Source: Eledone cirrhosa | Lineage: Eukaryota | Reading direction: 5' to 3' | DNA length: 64,000 nt | Assembly (NCBI GenBank): GCA_964016885.1 | Contig: OZ024740.1 | Coordinates: 432,884,001-432,948,000 of the forward strand | Shown: positions 35,501-48,177 of the stretch, one piece after another | How the letters are laid out: the number at the start of each line of letters is the position of its first letter | Position numbering within the stretch: position 1 is the stretch's first letter | Notes under the pieces: generated by a model | The model's input: only the letters and a program-made list of their open reading frames with translations | Databases searched by the model: none | Told to the model about the DNA's origin: nothing | Translations under genes and position numbers: made by a program

Positions 35501-38500
35501 GTCTCTACCAGCAAGAGTTAGACATGTCTTCACCACTCTCCCTACCAGCAGGGGTTAGACATGTCTCCACCACTGTTCCTACCAGCAGCTGTTAGACAGG
35601 TCTTCACAACTGTCCCTACTAGCAGGGGTTAGACATGTCTCCACCACTGTCCCTACCAGCAGGGTTTAGACATGTCTCCTCCACAGACCCTACCAGCAGG
35701 GGTTAGACATGTCTCCACCACTGTCCCTACCAGCAGGGGTTAGACATGTCTTAACCTCTGTCGCTACCAGCAAGGGTTAGACATGTCTCCACCACTGTCC
35801 CTACCAGCAGGGGTGAGACAGGTCTTCACCACTGTCCCTACCAGCAAGTGTTAGACAGGTCTCCACCACTGTCCCTACCAGCAGGGGTTAGACAGGTCTT
35901 CACCACTGTCCCTACCAGCAGGGGTTAGATATGTCTCCACCACTGTCCCTACCAGCAGGGGTTATATATGTATCCACCACTGTCCCTACAAGCAAGGGTT
36001 AGACATGTCTCCACCACTGTCTCTACCAGCAGGGGTTAGACATGTCTCCACCACTGTCCTTACCAGCAGGGGTTAGACAGGTCTCCACCACTGTCCCTAC
36101 AAGCAAGGGTTAGACAGGTCTCCACCACTGTCCCTACAAGCAAGGGTTAGACAGGTCTCCACCACTGTCCCTACAAGCAAGGGTCAGACAGGTCTCCACC
36201 ACTGTCCCTACAAGCAAGGGTTAGACATGTCTCCACCACTGTCTCTACCAGCAAGAGTTAGACATGTCTTCACCACTGTCCCTACCAGCAGGGGTTAGAC
36301 ATGTCTCCACCACTGTCCCTACCAGCAGGGGTTAGACATGTCTCCACCACTGTCCCTACCGGCAGGGGTTAGACATGTCTCCTCCACAGACCCTGCCAGC
36401 AGGGGTTAGACATGTCTCCACCACTGTCCCTACCAGCAGGGGTTAGTCATGTCTTCACCACTGTCCCTACCAGCAGGGCTTAGACATGTCTCCACCACTG
36501 TCCCTACCAGCAGAGGTTAGACATGTCTCCACCACTGTCCCTACCAGCAGGGGTTAGACATGTCTTCACCACTGTCCCTACCAGCAGGGCTTAGACATGT
36601 CTCCACCACTGTCGCTACCAGCAGAGGTTAGACATGTCTCCACCACTGTCCCTACCAGCAGGGGTGAGACAGGTCTTCACCACTGTCCCTACCAGCAGTG
36701 GTTAGACAAGGTCTCCACCACTGTCCCTACCAGCAAGGGTTAGACATGTCTTCACTACTGTACCTACCAGCAAGGGTTAGACAAGGTCTCCACCACTGTC
36801 CCTACCAGCAAGGGTTAGACATGTCTTCACTACTGTACCTACCAGCAAGGGTTAGACAAGGTCTCCTCCACTGTCCCTACCAGCAAGGGTTAGACATGTC
36901 TTCACTACTGTACCTACCAGCAAGGGTTAGACAAGGTCTCCACCACTGTCCCTACCAGCAAGGGTTAGACATGTCTTCACTACTGTACCTACCAGCAAGG
37001 GTTAGACAAGGTCTCCACCACTGTCCCTACCAGCAAGGGTTAGACATGTCTTCACTACTGTACCTACCAGCAGGGGTTAGACAGGTCTTCATACTGTCCC
37101 TACCATCAAGGTTTAGACAGGTCTCCACCACTGTCCCTACCAGCAAGGGTTAGACATGTCTTCACTACTGTACCTACCAGCAAGGGTTAGACATGTCTCC
37201 ACCACTGTCCCCACCAGCAGGGGTTAGACAGAGCTTCACCCCTGTCCCTACCAACAAGGATTAGACATGTCTCCACCACTGTACCTACCAGCAGGGGTAA
37301 GACATGTCTCCACCACTGACCTACCAGCAGGGGTTAGACATGTCTCCACCACTGTACCTACCAGCAGGGGTAAGACATGTCTCCACCACTGTCCCTACCA
37401 GCAAGGGTTAGACAGGTCTTCACCACTATCCCTACCAGCAGGGGTTAAACAAGGTCTCCACCACTGTCCCACCAACAAGGCTTAGACAGGTCTCCACCAC
37501 TGTCCCTACCAGCAGGGGTTAGACAAGGTCTCCACCACTGTCCCTACCATCAGGGGTTAGACTGTTCTTCACCACTGTCCCTACCAGCAGGGGTTAGACA
37601 TGTCTCCACCACTGTCCCTACCAGCAGGGGTTAGACAAGGTCTCCACCACTGTCCCTACCAGCAGGGGTTAGACATGTCTCCACCACTGTCCCTACCAGC
37701 AGGGGTTAGACAAGGTCTCCACCACTGACCCTACCAGCAGGGGTTAGACATGTCTCCACCACTGTCCCTACCAGCAGGGGTTAGACAAGGTCTCCAACAC
37801 TGTCCCTACCAGCAGGGGTTAGACAAGGTCTCGACCACTGTCCCTACTAGCAGGGGTTAGACAAAGTCTCCACCACTGTCCCTACCAGCAGGGGTTAGAC
37901 ATGTCTCCACCACTGTCCCTACTAGCAGGGGTTAGACAAGGTCTCCACCACTGTCCCTACTAGCAGGGGTTAGACAAAGTCTCCACCACTGTCCCTAGCA
38001 GCAGGGGTTAGACATGTCTCCACCACTGTCCCTACCAGCAGGGGTTAGACATGTCTTCACTACTGTACCTACCAGCAAGGGTTAGACAAGGTCTCCTCCA
38101 CTGTCCCTACCAGCAAGGGTTAGACATGTCTTCACTACTGTACCTACCAGCAAGGGTTAGACAAGGTCTCCACCACTGTCCCTACCAGCAAGGGTTAGAC
38201 ATGTCTTCACTACTGTACCTACCAGCAAGGGTTAGACAAGGTCTCCACCACTGTCCCTACCAGCAAGGGTTAGACATGTCTTCACTACTGTACCTACCAG
38301 CAAGGGTTAGACAAGGTCTCCTCCACTGTCCCTACCAGCAAGGGTTAGACATGTCTTCACTACTGTACCTACCAGCAAGGGTTAGACAAGGTCTCCACCA
38401 CTGTCCCTACCAGCAAGGGTTAGACATGTCTTCACTACTGTACCTACCAGCAAGGGTTAGACAAGGTCTCCACCACTGTCCCTACCAGCAAGGGTTAGAC

Positions 38501-41500
38501 ATGTCTTCACTACTGTACCTACCAGCAGGGGTTAGACAGGTCTTCATACTGTCCCTACCATCAAGGTTTAGACAGGTCTCCACCACTGTCCCTACCAGCA
38601 AGGGTTAGACATGTCTTCACTACTGTACCTACCAGCAGGGGTAAGACATGTCTCCACCACTGTCCCTACCAGCAAGGGTTAGACAGGTCTTCACCACTGT
38701 CCCTACCAGCAGGGGTTAAACATGTCTCCACCACTGTCCCACCAACAAGGCTTAGACAGGTCTCCACCACTGTCCCTACCAGCAGGGGTTAGACAAGGTC
38801 TCCACCACTGTCCCTACCAGCAAGAGGTAGACATGTCTCCACCACTGTCCCTACCAGCAGGGGTTAGACATGTCTCCTCCACAGACCCTACCAGCAGGGG
38901 TTAGACTAGGTCTCCACCACTGTCCCTACCAGCAGTGGTTAGACATGACTTCACCACTGTCCCTACCAGCAGGGGTAAGACATGTCTCCACCACTGTCCC
39001 TACCAGCAGTGGTTAGACAGGTCTTCACCACTGTCCCTACCAGCAGGGGTAAGACATGTCTCCACCACTGTCCCTACCAGCAGGGGTTAGACATGTCTCC
39101 ACCACTGTCCCTACAAGCAGGGGTTAGACATGTCTCCACCACTGTACCTACCAGAGGGGTTTAGACATGTCTCCACCACTGACCCTACCAGCAGGGGTTA
39201 GACTAGGTCTCCACCACTGTCCCTACCAGCAGGGGATAGACATGTCTCCACCACTGTCCCTACCAGCAGGGGTTAGACATGTCTCCACCACTGTCCCTAC
39301 CAGCAGGGGTTAGATATATCTACACCACTGTCTGTACCAGCAGGAGTTAGACATGTCTCCACCACTGTCTCTACCAGCAAGGGTTAGACATGTCTCCACC
39401 ACTGTCTCTACCAGCAAGGGTTAGACATGTCTTCACTACTGTACCTACCAGCAAGGGTTAGACAAGGTCTCCACCACTGTCCCTACCAGCAAGGGTTAGA
39501 CATGTCTTCACTACTGTACCTACCAGCAAGGGTTAGACAAGGTCTCCTCCACTGTCCCTACCAGCAAGGGTTAGACATGTCTTCACTACTGTACCTACCA
39601 GCAAGGGTTAGACAAGGTCTCCACCACTGTCCCTACCAGCAAGGGTTAGACATGTCTTCACTACTGTACCTACCAGCAAGGGTTAGACAAGGTCTCCACC
39701 ACTGTCCCTACCAGCAAGGGTTAGACATGTCTGCACTACTGTACCTACCAGCAGGGGTTAGACAGGTCTTCATACTGTCCCTACCATCAAGGTTTAGACA
39801 GGTCTCCACCACTGTCCCTACCAGCAAGGGTTAGACATGTCTTCACTACTGTACCTACCAGCAAGGGTTAGACATGTCTCCACCACTGTCCCCACCAGCA
39901 GGGGTTAGACAGAGCTTCACCCCTGTCCCTACCAACAAGGATTAGACATGTCTCCACCACTGTACCTACCAGCAGGGGTAAGACATGTCTCCACCACTGA
40001 CCTACCAGCAGGGGTTAGACATGTCTCCACCACTGTACCTACCAGCAGGGGTAAGACATGTCTCCACCACTGTCCCTACCAGCAAGGGTTAGACAGGTCT
40101 TCACCACTATCCCTACCAGCAGGGGTTAAACAAGGTCTCCACCACTGTCCCACCAACAAGGCTTAGACAGGTCTCCACCACTGTCCCTACCAGCAGGGGT
40201 TAGACAAGGTCTCCACCACTGTCCCTACCATCAGGGGTTAGACTGTTCTTCACCACTGTCCCTACCAGCAGGGGTTAGACATGTCTCCACCACTGTCCCT
40301 ACCAGCAGGGGTTAGACAAGGTCTCCACCACTGTCCCTACCAGCAGGGGTTAGACATGTCTCCACCACTGTCCCTACCAGCAGGGGTTAGACAAGGTCTC
40401 CACCACTGACCCTACCAGCAGGGGTTAGACATGTCTCCACCACTGTCCCTACCAGCAGGGGTTAGACAAGGTCTCCAACACTGTCCCTACCAGCAGGGGT
40501 TAGACAAGGTCTCGACCACTGTCCCTACTAGCAGGGGTTAGACAAAGTCTCCACCACTGTCCCTACCAGCAGGGGCTAGACATGTCTCCACCACTGTCCC
40601 TACTAGCAGGGGTTAGACAAGGTCTCCACCATTGTCCCTACTAGCAGGGGTTAGACAAAGTCTCCACCACTGTCCCTAGCAGCAGGGGTTAGACATGTCT
40701 CCACCACTGTCCCTACCAGCAGGGGTTAGACATGTCTCCACCACTGTCCCTACCAGCAAGGGTTAGACATGTCTTCACTACTGTACCTACCAGCAAGGGT
40801 TAGACAAGGTCTCCTCCACTGTCCCTACCAGCAAGGGTTAGACATGTCTTCACTACTGTACCTACCAGCAAGGGTTAGACAAGGTCTCCACCACTGTCCC
40901 TACCAGCAAGGGTTAGACATGTCTTCACTACTGTACCTACCAGCAAGGGTTAGACAAGGTCTCCACCACTGTCCCTACCAGCAAGGGTTAGACATGTCTT
41001 CACTACTGTACCTACCAGCAAGGGTTAGACAAGGTCTCCTCCACTGTCCCTACCAGCAAGGGTTAGACATGTCTTCACTACTGTACCTACCAGCAAGGGT
41101 TAGACAAGGTCTCCACCACTGTCCCTACCAGCAAGGGTTAGACATGTCTTCACTACTGTACCTACCAGCAAGGGTTAGACAAGGTCTCCACCACTGTCCC
41201 TACCAGCAAGGGTTAGACATGTCTTCACTACTGTACCTACCAGCAGGGGTTAGACAGGTCTTCATACTGTCCCTACCATCAAGGTTTAGACAGGTCTCCA
41301 CCACTGTCCCTACCAGCAAGGGTTAGACATGTCTTCACTACTGTACCTACCAGCAGGGGTAAGACATGTCTCCACCACTGTCCCTACCAGCAAGGGTTAG
41401 ACAGGTCTTCACCACTGTCCCTACCAGCAGGGGTTAAACATGTCTCCACCACTGTCCCACCAACAAGGCTTAGACAGGTCTCCACCACTGTCCCTACCAG

Positions 41501-44500
41501 CAGGGGTTAGACAAGGTCTCCACCACTGTCCCTACCAGCAAGAGGTAGACATGTCTCCACCACTGTCCCTACCAGCAGGGGTTAGACATGTCTCCTCCAC
41601 AGACCCTGCCAGCAGGGGTTAGACATGTCTCCACCACTGTCCCTACCAGCAGGGGTTAGACATGTCTTCACCACTGTCCCTACCAGCAGGGCTTAGACAT
41701 GTCTCCACCACTGTCCCTACCAGCAGAGGTTAGACATGTCTCCACCACTGTCCCTACCAGCAGGGGTTAGACATGTCTTCACCACTGTCCCTACCAGCAG
41801 GGCTTAGACATGTCTCCACCACTGTCGCTACCAGCAGAGGTTAGACATGTCTCCACCACTGTCCCTACCAGCAGGGGTGAGACAGGTCTTCACCACTGTC
41901 CCTACCAGCAAGTGTTAGACAGGTCACCACCACTGTCCCTACCAGCAGGGGTTAGACATGTCTCCACCACTGTCCCTACCAGCAGGGGTTAGACTGGTCT
42001 TCCCCACTGTCCCTACCAGCAGGGGCTAGACATGTCTCCACCACTGACCATACCAGCAGGGGTTAGACTAGGTCTCCACCACTGTCCATACCAGCAGGGG
42101 TTAGACATGTCTCCACCACTGTCCCTACCAGCAGGGGTTAGACATGTCTCCACCACTGTCCCTACCAGCAGGGGTTAGACTAGGTCTCCACCACTGTCTC
42201 TACCAGCAAGGGTTAGACATGTCTCCACCACTGTCCCTACCAGCAGGGGTTAGACAGGTTTTCATACTGTCCCTACCAGCAGGGGTTAGACAGGTTTTCA
42301 TACTGTCCCTACCAGCAGGGTTTAGACAGGTTTTCATACTGTCCCTACCAGCAGTGGTTAGACAGGTCTTCACCACTGTCCCTACCAGCAGGGGTTAGAC
42401 ATGTCTCCACCACTGTCCCTACCAGCAGTGGTTAGACATGTCTCCACCACTGTCCCTACCAGCAGTGGTTAGACATGTCTCCACCACTGTCCCTACCAGC
42501 AGGGGTTAGACAAGGTCTCCACCACTGTCCCTACCAGCAGGGGTTAGACATATCTCCACCACTGTCCCTACCAGCAAGGGTTAGACATGTCTCCACCACT
42601 GTCCCTACCAGCAGGGGTTAGACATATCTCCACCACTGTCCCTACCAGCAGGGGTTAGACAAGGTCTCCACCACTGTCCCTAGCAGCAGGGGTTAGACAT
42701 GTCTCCACCACTGTCCCTACCAGCAGGGGTTAGACATGTCTCCACCACTGTCCCTACCAGCAGGGGTTAGACATGTCTTCACTACTGTACCTACCAGCAA
42801 GGGTTAGACAAGGTCTCCTCCACTGTCCCTACCAGCAAGGGTTAGACATGTCTTCACTACTGTACCTACCAGCAAGGGTTAGACAAGGTCTCCACCACTG
42901 TCCCTACCAGCAAGGGTTAGACATGTCTTCACTACTGTACCTACCAGCAAGGGTTAGACAAGGTCTCCACCACTGTCCCTACCAGCAAGGGTTAGACATG
43001 TCTTCACTACTGTACCTACCAGCAAGGGTTAGACAAGGTCTCCTCCACTGTCCCTACCAGCAAGGGTTAGACATGTCTTCACTACTGTACCTACCAGCAA
43101 GGGTTAGACAAGGTCTCCACCACTGTCCCTACCAGCAAGGGTTAGACATGTCTTCACTACTGTACCTACCAGCAAGGGTTAGACAAGGTCTCCACCACTG
43201 TCCCTACCAGCAAGGGTTAGACATGTCTTCACTACTGTACCTACCAGCAGGGGTTAGACAGGTCTTCATACTGTCCCTACCATCAAGGTTTAGACAGGTC
43301 TCCACCACTGTCCCTACCAGCAAGGGTTAGACATGTCTTCACTACTGTACCTACCAGCAAGGGTTAGACATGTCTCCACCACTGTCCCCACCAGCAGGGG
43401 TTAGACAGAGCTTCACCCCTGTCCCTACCAACAAGGATTAGACATGTCTCCACCACTGTACCTACCAGCAGGGGTAAGACATGTCTCCACCACTGACCTA
43501 CCAGCAGGGGTTAGACATGTCTCCACCACTGTACCTACCAGCAGGGGTAAGACATGTCTCCACCACTGTCCCTACCAGCAAGGGTTAGACAGGTCTTCAC
43601 CACTATCCCTACCAGCAGGGGTTAAACAAGGTCTCCACCACTGTCCCACCAACAAGGCTTAGACAGGTCTCCACCACTGTCCCTACCAGCAGGGGTTAGA
43701 CAAGGTCTCCACCACTGTCCCTACCATCAGGGGTTAGACTGTTCTTCACCACTGTCCCTACCAGCAGGGGTTAGACATGTCTCCACCACTGTCCCTACCA
43801 GCAGGGGTTAGACAAGGTCTCCACCACTGTCCCTACCAGCAGGGGTTAGACATGTCTCCACCACTGTCCCTACCAGCAGGGGTTAGACAAGGTCTCCACC
43901 ACTGACCCTACCAGCAGGGGTTAGACATGTCTCCACCACTGTCCCTACCAGCAGGGGTTAGACAAGGTCTCCAACACTGTCCCTACCAGCAGGGGTTAGA
44001 CAAGGTCTCGACCACTGTCCCTACTAGCAGGGGTTAGACAAAGTCTCCACCACTGTCCCTACCAGCAGGGGTTAGACATGTCTCCACCACTGTCCCTACT
44101 AGCAGGGGTTAGACAAAGTCTCCACCACTGTCCCTAGCAGCAGGGGTTAGACATGTCTCCACCACTGTCCCTACCAGCAGGGGTTAGACATGTCTCCACC
44201 ACTGTCCCTACCAGCAGGGGTTAGACATGTCTTCACTACTGTACCTACCAGCAAGGGTTAGACAAGGTCTCCTCCACTGTCCCTACCAGCAAGGGTTAGA
44301 CATGTCTTCACTACTGTACCTACCAGCAAGGGTTAGACAAGGTCTCCACCACTGTCCCTACCAGCAAGGGTTAGACATGTCTTCACTACTGTACCTACCA
44401 GCAAGGGTTAGACAAGGTCTCCACCACTGTCCCTACCAGCAAGGGTTAGACATGTCTTCACTACTGTACCTACCAGCAAGGGTTAGACAAGGTCTCCTCC

Positions 44501-46940
44501 ACTGTCCCTACCAGCAAGGGTTAGACATGTCTTCACTACTGTACCTACCAGCAAGGGTTAGACAAGGTCTCCACCACTGTCCCTACCAGCAAGGGTTAGA
44601 CATGTCTTCACTACTGTACCTACCAGCAAGGGTTAGACAAGGTCTCCACCACTGTCCCTACCAGCAAGGGTTAGACATGTCTTCACTACTGTACCTACCA
44701 GCAGGGGTTAGACAGGTCTTCATACTGTCCCTACCATCAAGGTTTAGACAGGTCTCCACCACTGTCCCTACCAGCAAGGGTTAGACATGTCTTCACTACT
44801 GTACCTACCAGCAGGGGTAAGACATGTCTCCACCACTGTCCCTACCAGCAAGGGTTAGACAGGTCTTCACCACTGTCCCTACCAGCAGGGGTTAAACATG
44901 TCTCCACCACTGTCCCACCAACAAGGCTTAGACAGGTCTCCACCACTGTCCCTACCAGCAGGGGTTAGACAAGGTCTCCACCACTGTCCCTACCAGCAAG
45001 AGGTAGACATGTCTCCACCACTGTCCCTACCAGCAGGGGTTAGACATGTCTCCTCCACAGACCCTACCAGCAGGGGTTAGACTAGGTCTCCACCACTGTC
45101 CCTACCAGCAGTGGTTAGACATGACTTCACCACTGTCCCTACCAGCAGGGGTAAGACATGTCTCCACCACTGTCCCTACCAGCAGTGGTTAGACAGGTCT
45201 TCACCACTGTCCCTACCAGCAGGGGTAAGACATGTCTCCACCACTGTCCCTACCAGCAGGGGTTAGACATGTCTCCACCACTGTCCCTACAAGCAGGGGT
45301 TAGACATGTCTCCACCACTGTACCTACCAGAGGGGTTTAGACATGTCTCCACCACTGACCCTACCAGCAGGGGTTAGACTAGGTCTCCACCACTGTCCCT
45401 ACCAGCAGGGGATAGACATGTCTCCACCACTGTCCCTACCAGCAGGGGTTAGACATGTCTCCACCACTGTCCCTACCAGCAGGGGTTAGATATATCTACA
45501 CCACTGTCTGTACCAGCAGGAGTTAGACATGTCTCCACCACTGTCTCTACCAGCAAGGGTTAGACATGTCTCCACCACTGTCTCTACCAGCAAGGGTTAG
45601 ACATGTCTCCACCACTGTCCCACCAGCAAGTGTTAGATATGTCTACACCACTGTCCGTACCAGCAGGGGTTAGACATGTCTCCACCACTGTCCCTACCAG
45701 CAGGGGTTAGAAATGTCTCCACCACTGTCCATACCAGCAGGGGTTAAAAAGGTCTCCTCCACTGTCTCTACCAGCAGGGGTTAGACATGTCTCCACCACT
45801 GTCCCTACCAGCAGGGGTTAGACAGGTCTTCACCACTGTCCCTACCAGCAAGGGTTAGACAGGTCTCCACCACTGTCCCTACAAGCAAGGGTTAGACAGG
45901 TCTCCACCACTGTCCCTACAAGCAAGGGTTAGACAGGTCTCCACCACCGTCCCTACAAGCAAGGGTTAGACCGGTCTCCACCACTGTCCCTACAAGCAAG
46001 GGTTAGACAGGTCTCCACCACTGTCTCTACCAGCAAGAGTTAGACATGTCTTCACCACTGTCCCTACCAGCAGGGGTTAGACAGGTCTCCACCACTGTCC
46101 CTACAAGCAAGGGTTAGACCGGTCTCCACCACTGTCCCTACAAGCAAGGGTTAGACAGGTCTCCACCACTGTCTCTACCAGCAAGAGTTAGACATATCTT
46201 CACCACTGTCCCTATCAGCAGGGGTTAGACATGTCTCCACCACTGTCCCTACCAGCAGGGGTTAGACATATCTTCACCACTGTCCCTATCAGCAGGGGTT
46301 AGACATGTCTCCACCACTGTCCCTACCAGCAGGGGTTAGACATGTCTCCACCACTGTCCCTATCAGCAGGGGTTAGACATGTCTCCACCACTGTCCCTAC
46401 CAGCAGGGGCTAGACATGTCTCCACCACTGACCCTACCAGCAGGGGTTAGACAGGTCTTCACCACTGTCCCTACCAGCAGGGGTTAGACAGGTCTTCACC
46501 ACTGTCCCTACCAGCAGGGGTTAGACAGGTCTTCACCACTGTCCCTACCAGCAAGGTTTAGACATGTCTGCACCACTGTCCCTACCAGCAGGGGCTAGAC
46601 ATGTCTCCACCACTGTCCCTACCAGCAGAGGTTAGACAGGTCTTCACCACTGTCCCTACCAGCAAGGGTTAGACATGTCTCCACCACTGTCCCTACCAGC
46701 AAGGGTTAGACATGTCTCCACCACTGTCCCTACCAACAAGGGTTAGACATGTCTCCACCACTGTTCCTACCAGCAGGAGTTCGACAGGTCTCCCCCACTG
46801 TCCCTACCAGCAAGGGTTAGACATGTCTCTACCACTGTCCCTACCAGCAGCAGTTAGACAGGTCTTCACCACTGTCCCTACCAGCAGGGGTTAGACAGGT
46901 CTTCACCACTGTCCCTACCAGCAAGAGTTAGACAGGTCTT
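17558..46940. repeat. 37-bp satellite array of 29.4 kb (about 790 monomers), consensus CCACCACTGTCCCTACCAGCAGGGGTTAGACATGTCT, with higher-order repeats
   Basis: Direct periodicity, with 36- and 38-bp variants and recurring blocks of diagnostic variants. Both boundaries lie inside the window. Confidence 0.98.
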
Positions 46941-47025
46941 TAGTTACAACTGTGTCACTGTAGTTACAACCGTGTCACAGTAGTTACATCTGTGTTACAG
47001 TAGTTAGTTACATCGATGTCACAAT
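46941..47025. repeat. 20-bp minisatellite (TAGTTACAACTGTGTCACAG), about 4 decaying copies
   Basis: Begins immediately at the end of the 37-bp array. Confidence 0.8.
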
Positions 47026-47057
47026 ATTTATGTAGATGTGTCACAACATTTAGTTCA

Positions 47058-47345
47058 ACACTGTAAATGTGGTTGATGTTAGGAAGGCCATCCAGCTGTA
47101 AAACCCCAGCAAAATTTAGAGTCATGTTGGAACAAGGTACAGCGAAGCCAACTCTGGCCAGACAGAACTGACTTTAGCTTGGTTCCTATGGCTGGATGGC
47201 CTTCCCAATGCCAACCACTCTACAGAGTGGACTTGGTGCTTTTTGTTGTGACACCAACTTAAAAATTCACAGAGTGAGCTGGGTGCTTTTTGTCATGACA
47301 CTAACATAACAATTTTACAGAGTGGTCTGAGTGCTTTTTGTGGTG
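47058..47345. mobile_element. Two convergent SINE/RTE tail fragments; the second carries three degenerate modules of about 48 bp
   Basis: CACTGTAAATGTGGTTGATGTTAGGAAGGCCATCCAGCTGTA lies on the plus strand. GGCTGGATGGCCTTCCCAATGCCAACCACTCTACAGAGTG is an inverted tail, and ACAGAGTG...GTGCTTTTTGT recurs three times. Confidence 0.7.
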
Positions 47346-47624
47346 AGATATTAACCATTTCACTCTAAATACATTGGATTCTGTTTGTTAAACCATTAAC
47401 TCAGTCATTTATATGGGACAAATTCAGATCAAGAAAATTAATCTAAGCTCGTCTAGCAGTTAATTAGAGCTGTTACTGTTATTATTTTACATTAATGTTA
47501 TGTAGTACAGAAAACTTTACTGACTTAACTAACTTAGTTTATAGTTTATGACATTTTAAAACTGAATATCTTCATGTTAACATTAACTAAAAATATAGCT
47601 TTCTCCTTCCCTTCCTTTTTCAAG

Positions 47625-47674
47625 TCTTCGAAACTGAAGAAAGGCATAGAAACTGTGGGTGGTGGTATATCTAG
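47625..47674 (+). other. Possible small internal exon (SSKLKKGIETVGGGIS)
   Basis: Branch-like TTAACTAA, a pyrimidine tract of about 23 nt and an AAG acceptor precede one open frame. The donor is AG|GTGGGT, with an alternative GTACGT at 47679. No homology was recognised. Confidence 0.3.
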
Positions 47675-47682
47675 GTGGGTAC

Positions 47683-48064
47683 GTATGTGTGTGTGTATGT
47701 GGGTACATGTAGCTGCACATGTGTGCGTATGTGTGACTGTGATTATGCATATCTGTGTGTACATGTGTGTGTATATGTATGTGTGTTGCTATGTGTATAT
47801 GTATGTGTAGCTATGTGTATATGTATGTATGTGTGTGTGTGTAGCTATATGTATATGTATGTGTGTAGCTATGTGTATATGTATGTGTGTAGCTTTGTGT
47901 ATATGTGTGTGTGTGTGTGTGTTGCTATGTGTGTGTGTGTGTAGCTATGTGTATGTGTATATGTAGCTATATATGTGTGTGTGTGTAGCTATGTGTATAT
48001 GTGTGTGTAGCTATGTGTATATGTATGTGTGTGTGTAGCTATGTGTATGAGTGTGTGTGTGTGT
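47683..48064. repeat. Compound (TG)/(TATG) microsatellite punctuated by GTAGCTAT
   Basis: Read directly from the sequence. Confidence 0.9.
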
Positions 48065-48177
48065 AATAAAGACTAGAAGCTGTAGTAAAGTGTTGTATTA
48101 CAACAGTTTGTGAGTTGAGAGTTGAGATTGGTTATAAGTGATAGAACTGAAGAGTCTGGGGAAGAAACTGTCGTTTC

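Noticed and set aside
17678-46894. ORFs of the MSPPLSLPAGVRH and MSSLLYLPARVRQG type
   Set aside because: They are satellite translations; the 25-aa period simply reflects the 75-bp dimer.
1-46940. CRISPR-like appearance of the 41- and 37-bp repeats
   Set aside because: The monomers are head-to-tail with no unique spacers, there are no cas genes, and the context is eukaryotic.
17558-46940. Interstitial telomeric array
   Set aside because: There is only one GGGTTAG per monomer and no tandem (TTAGGG)n.
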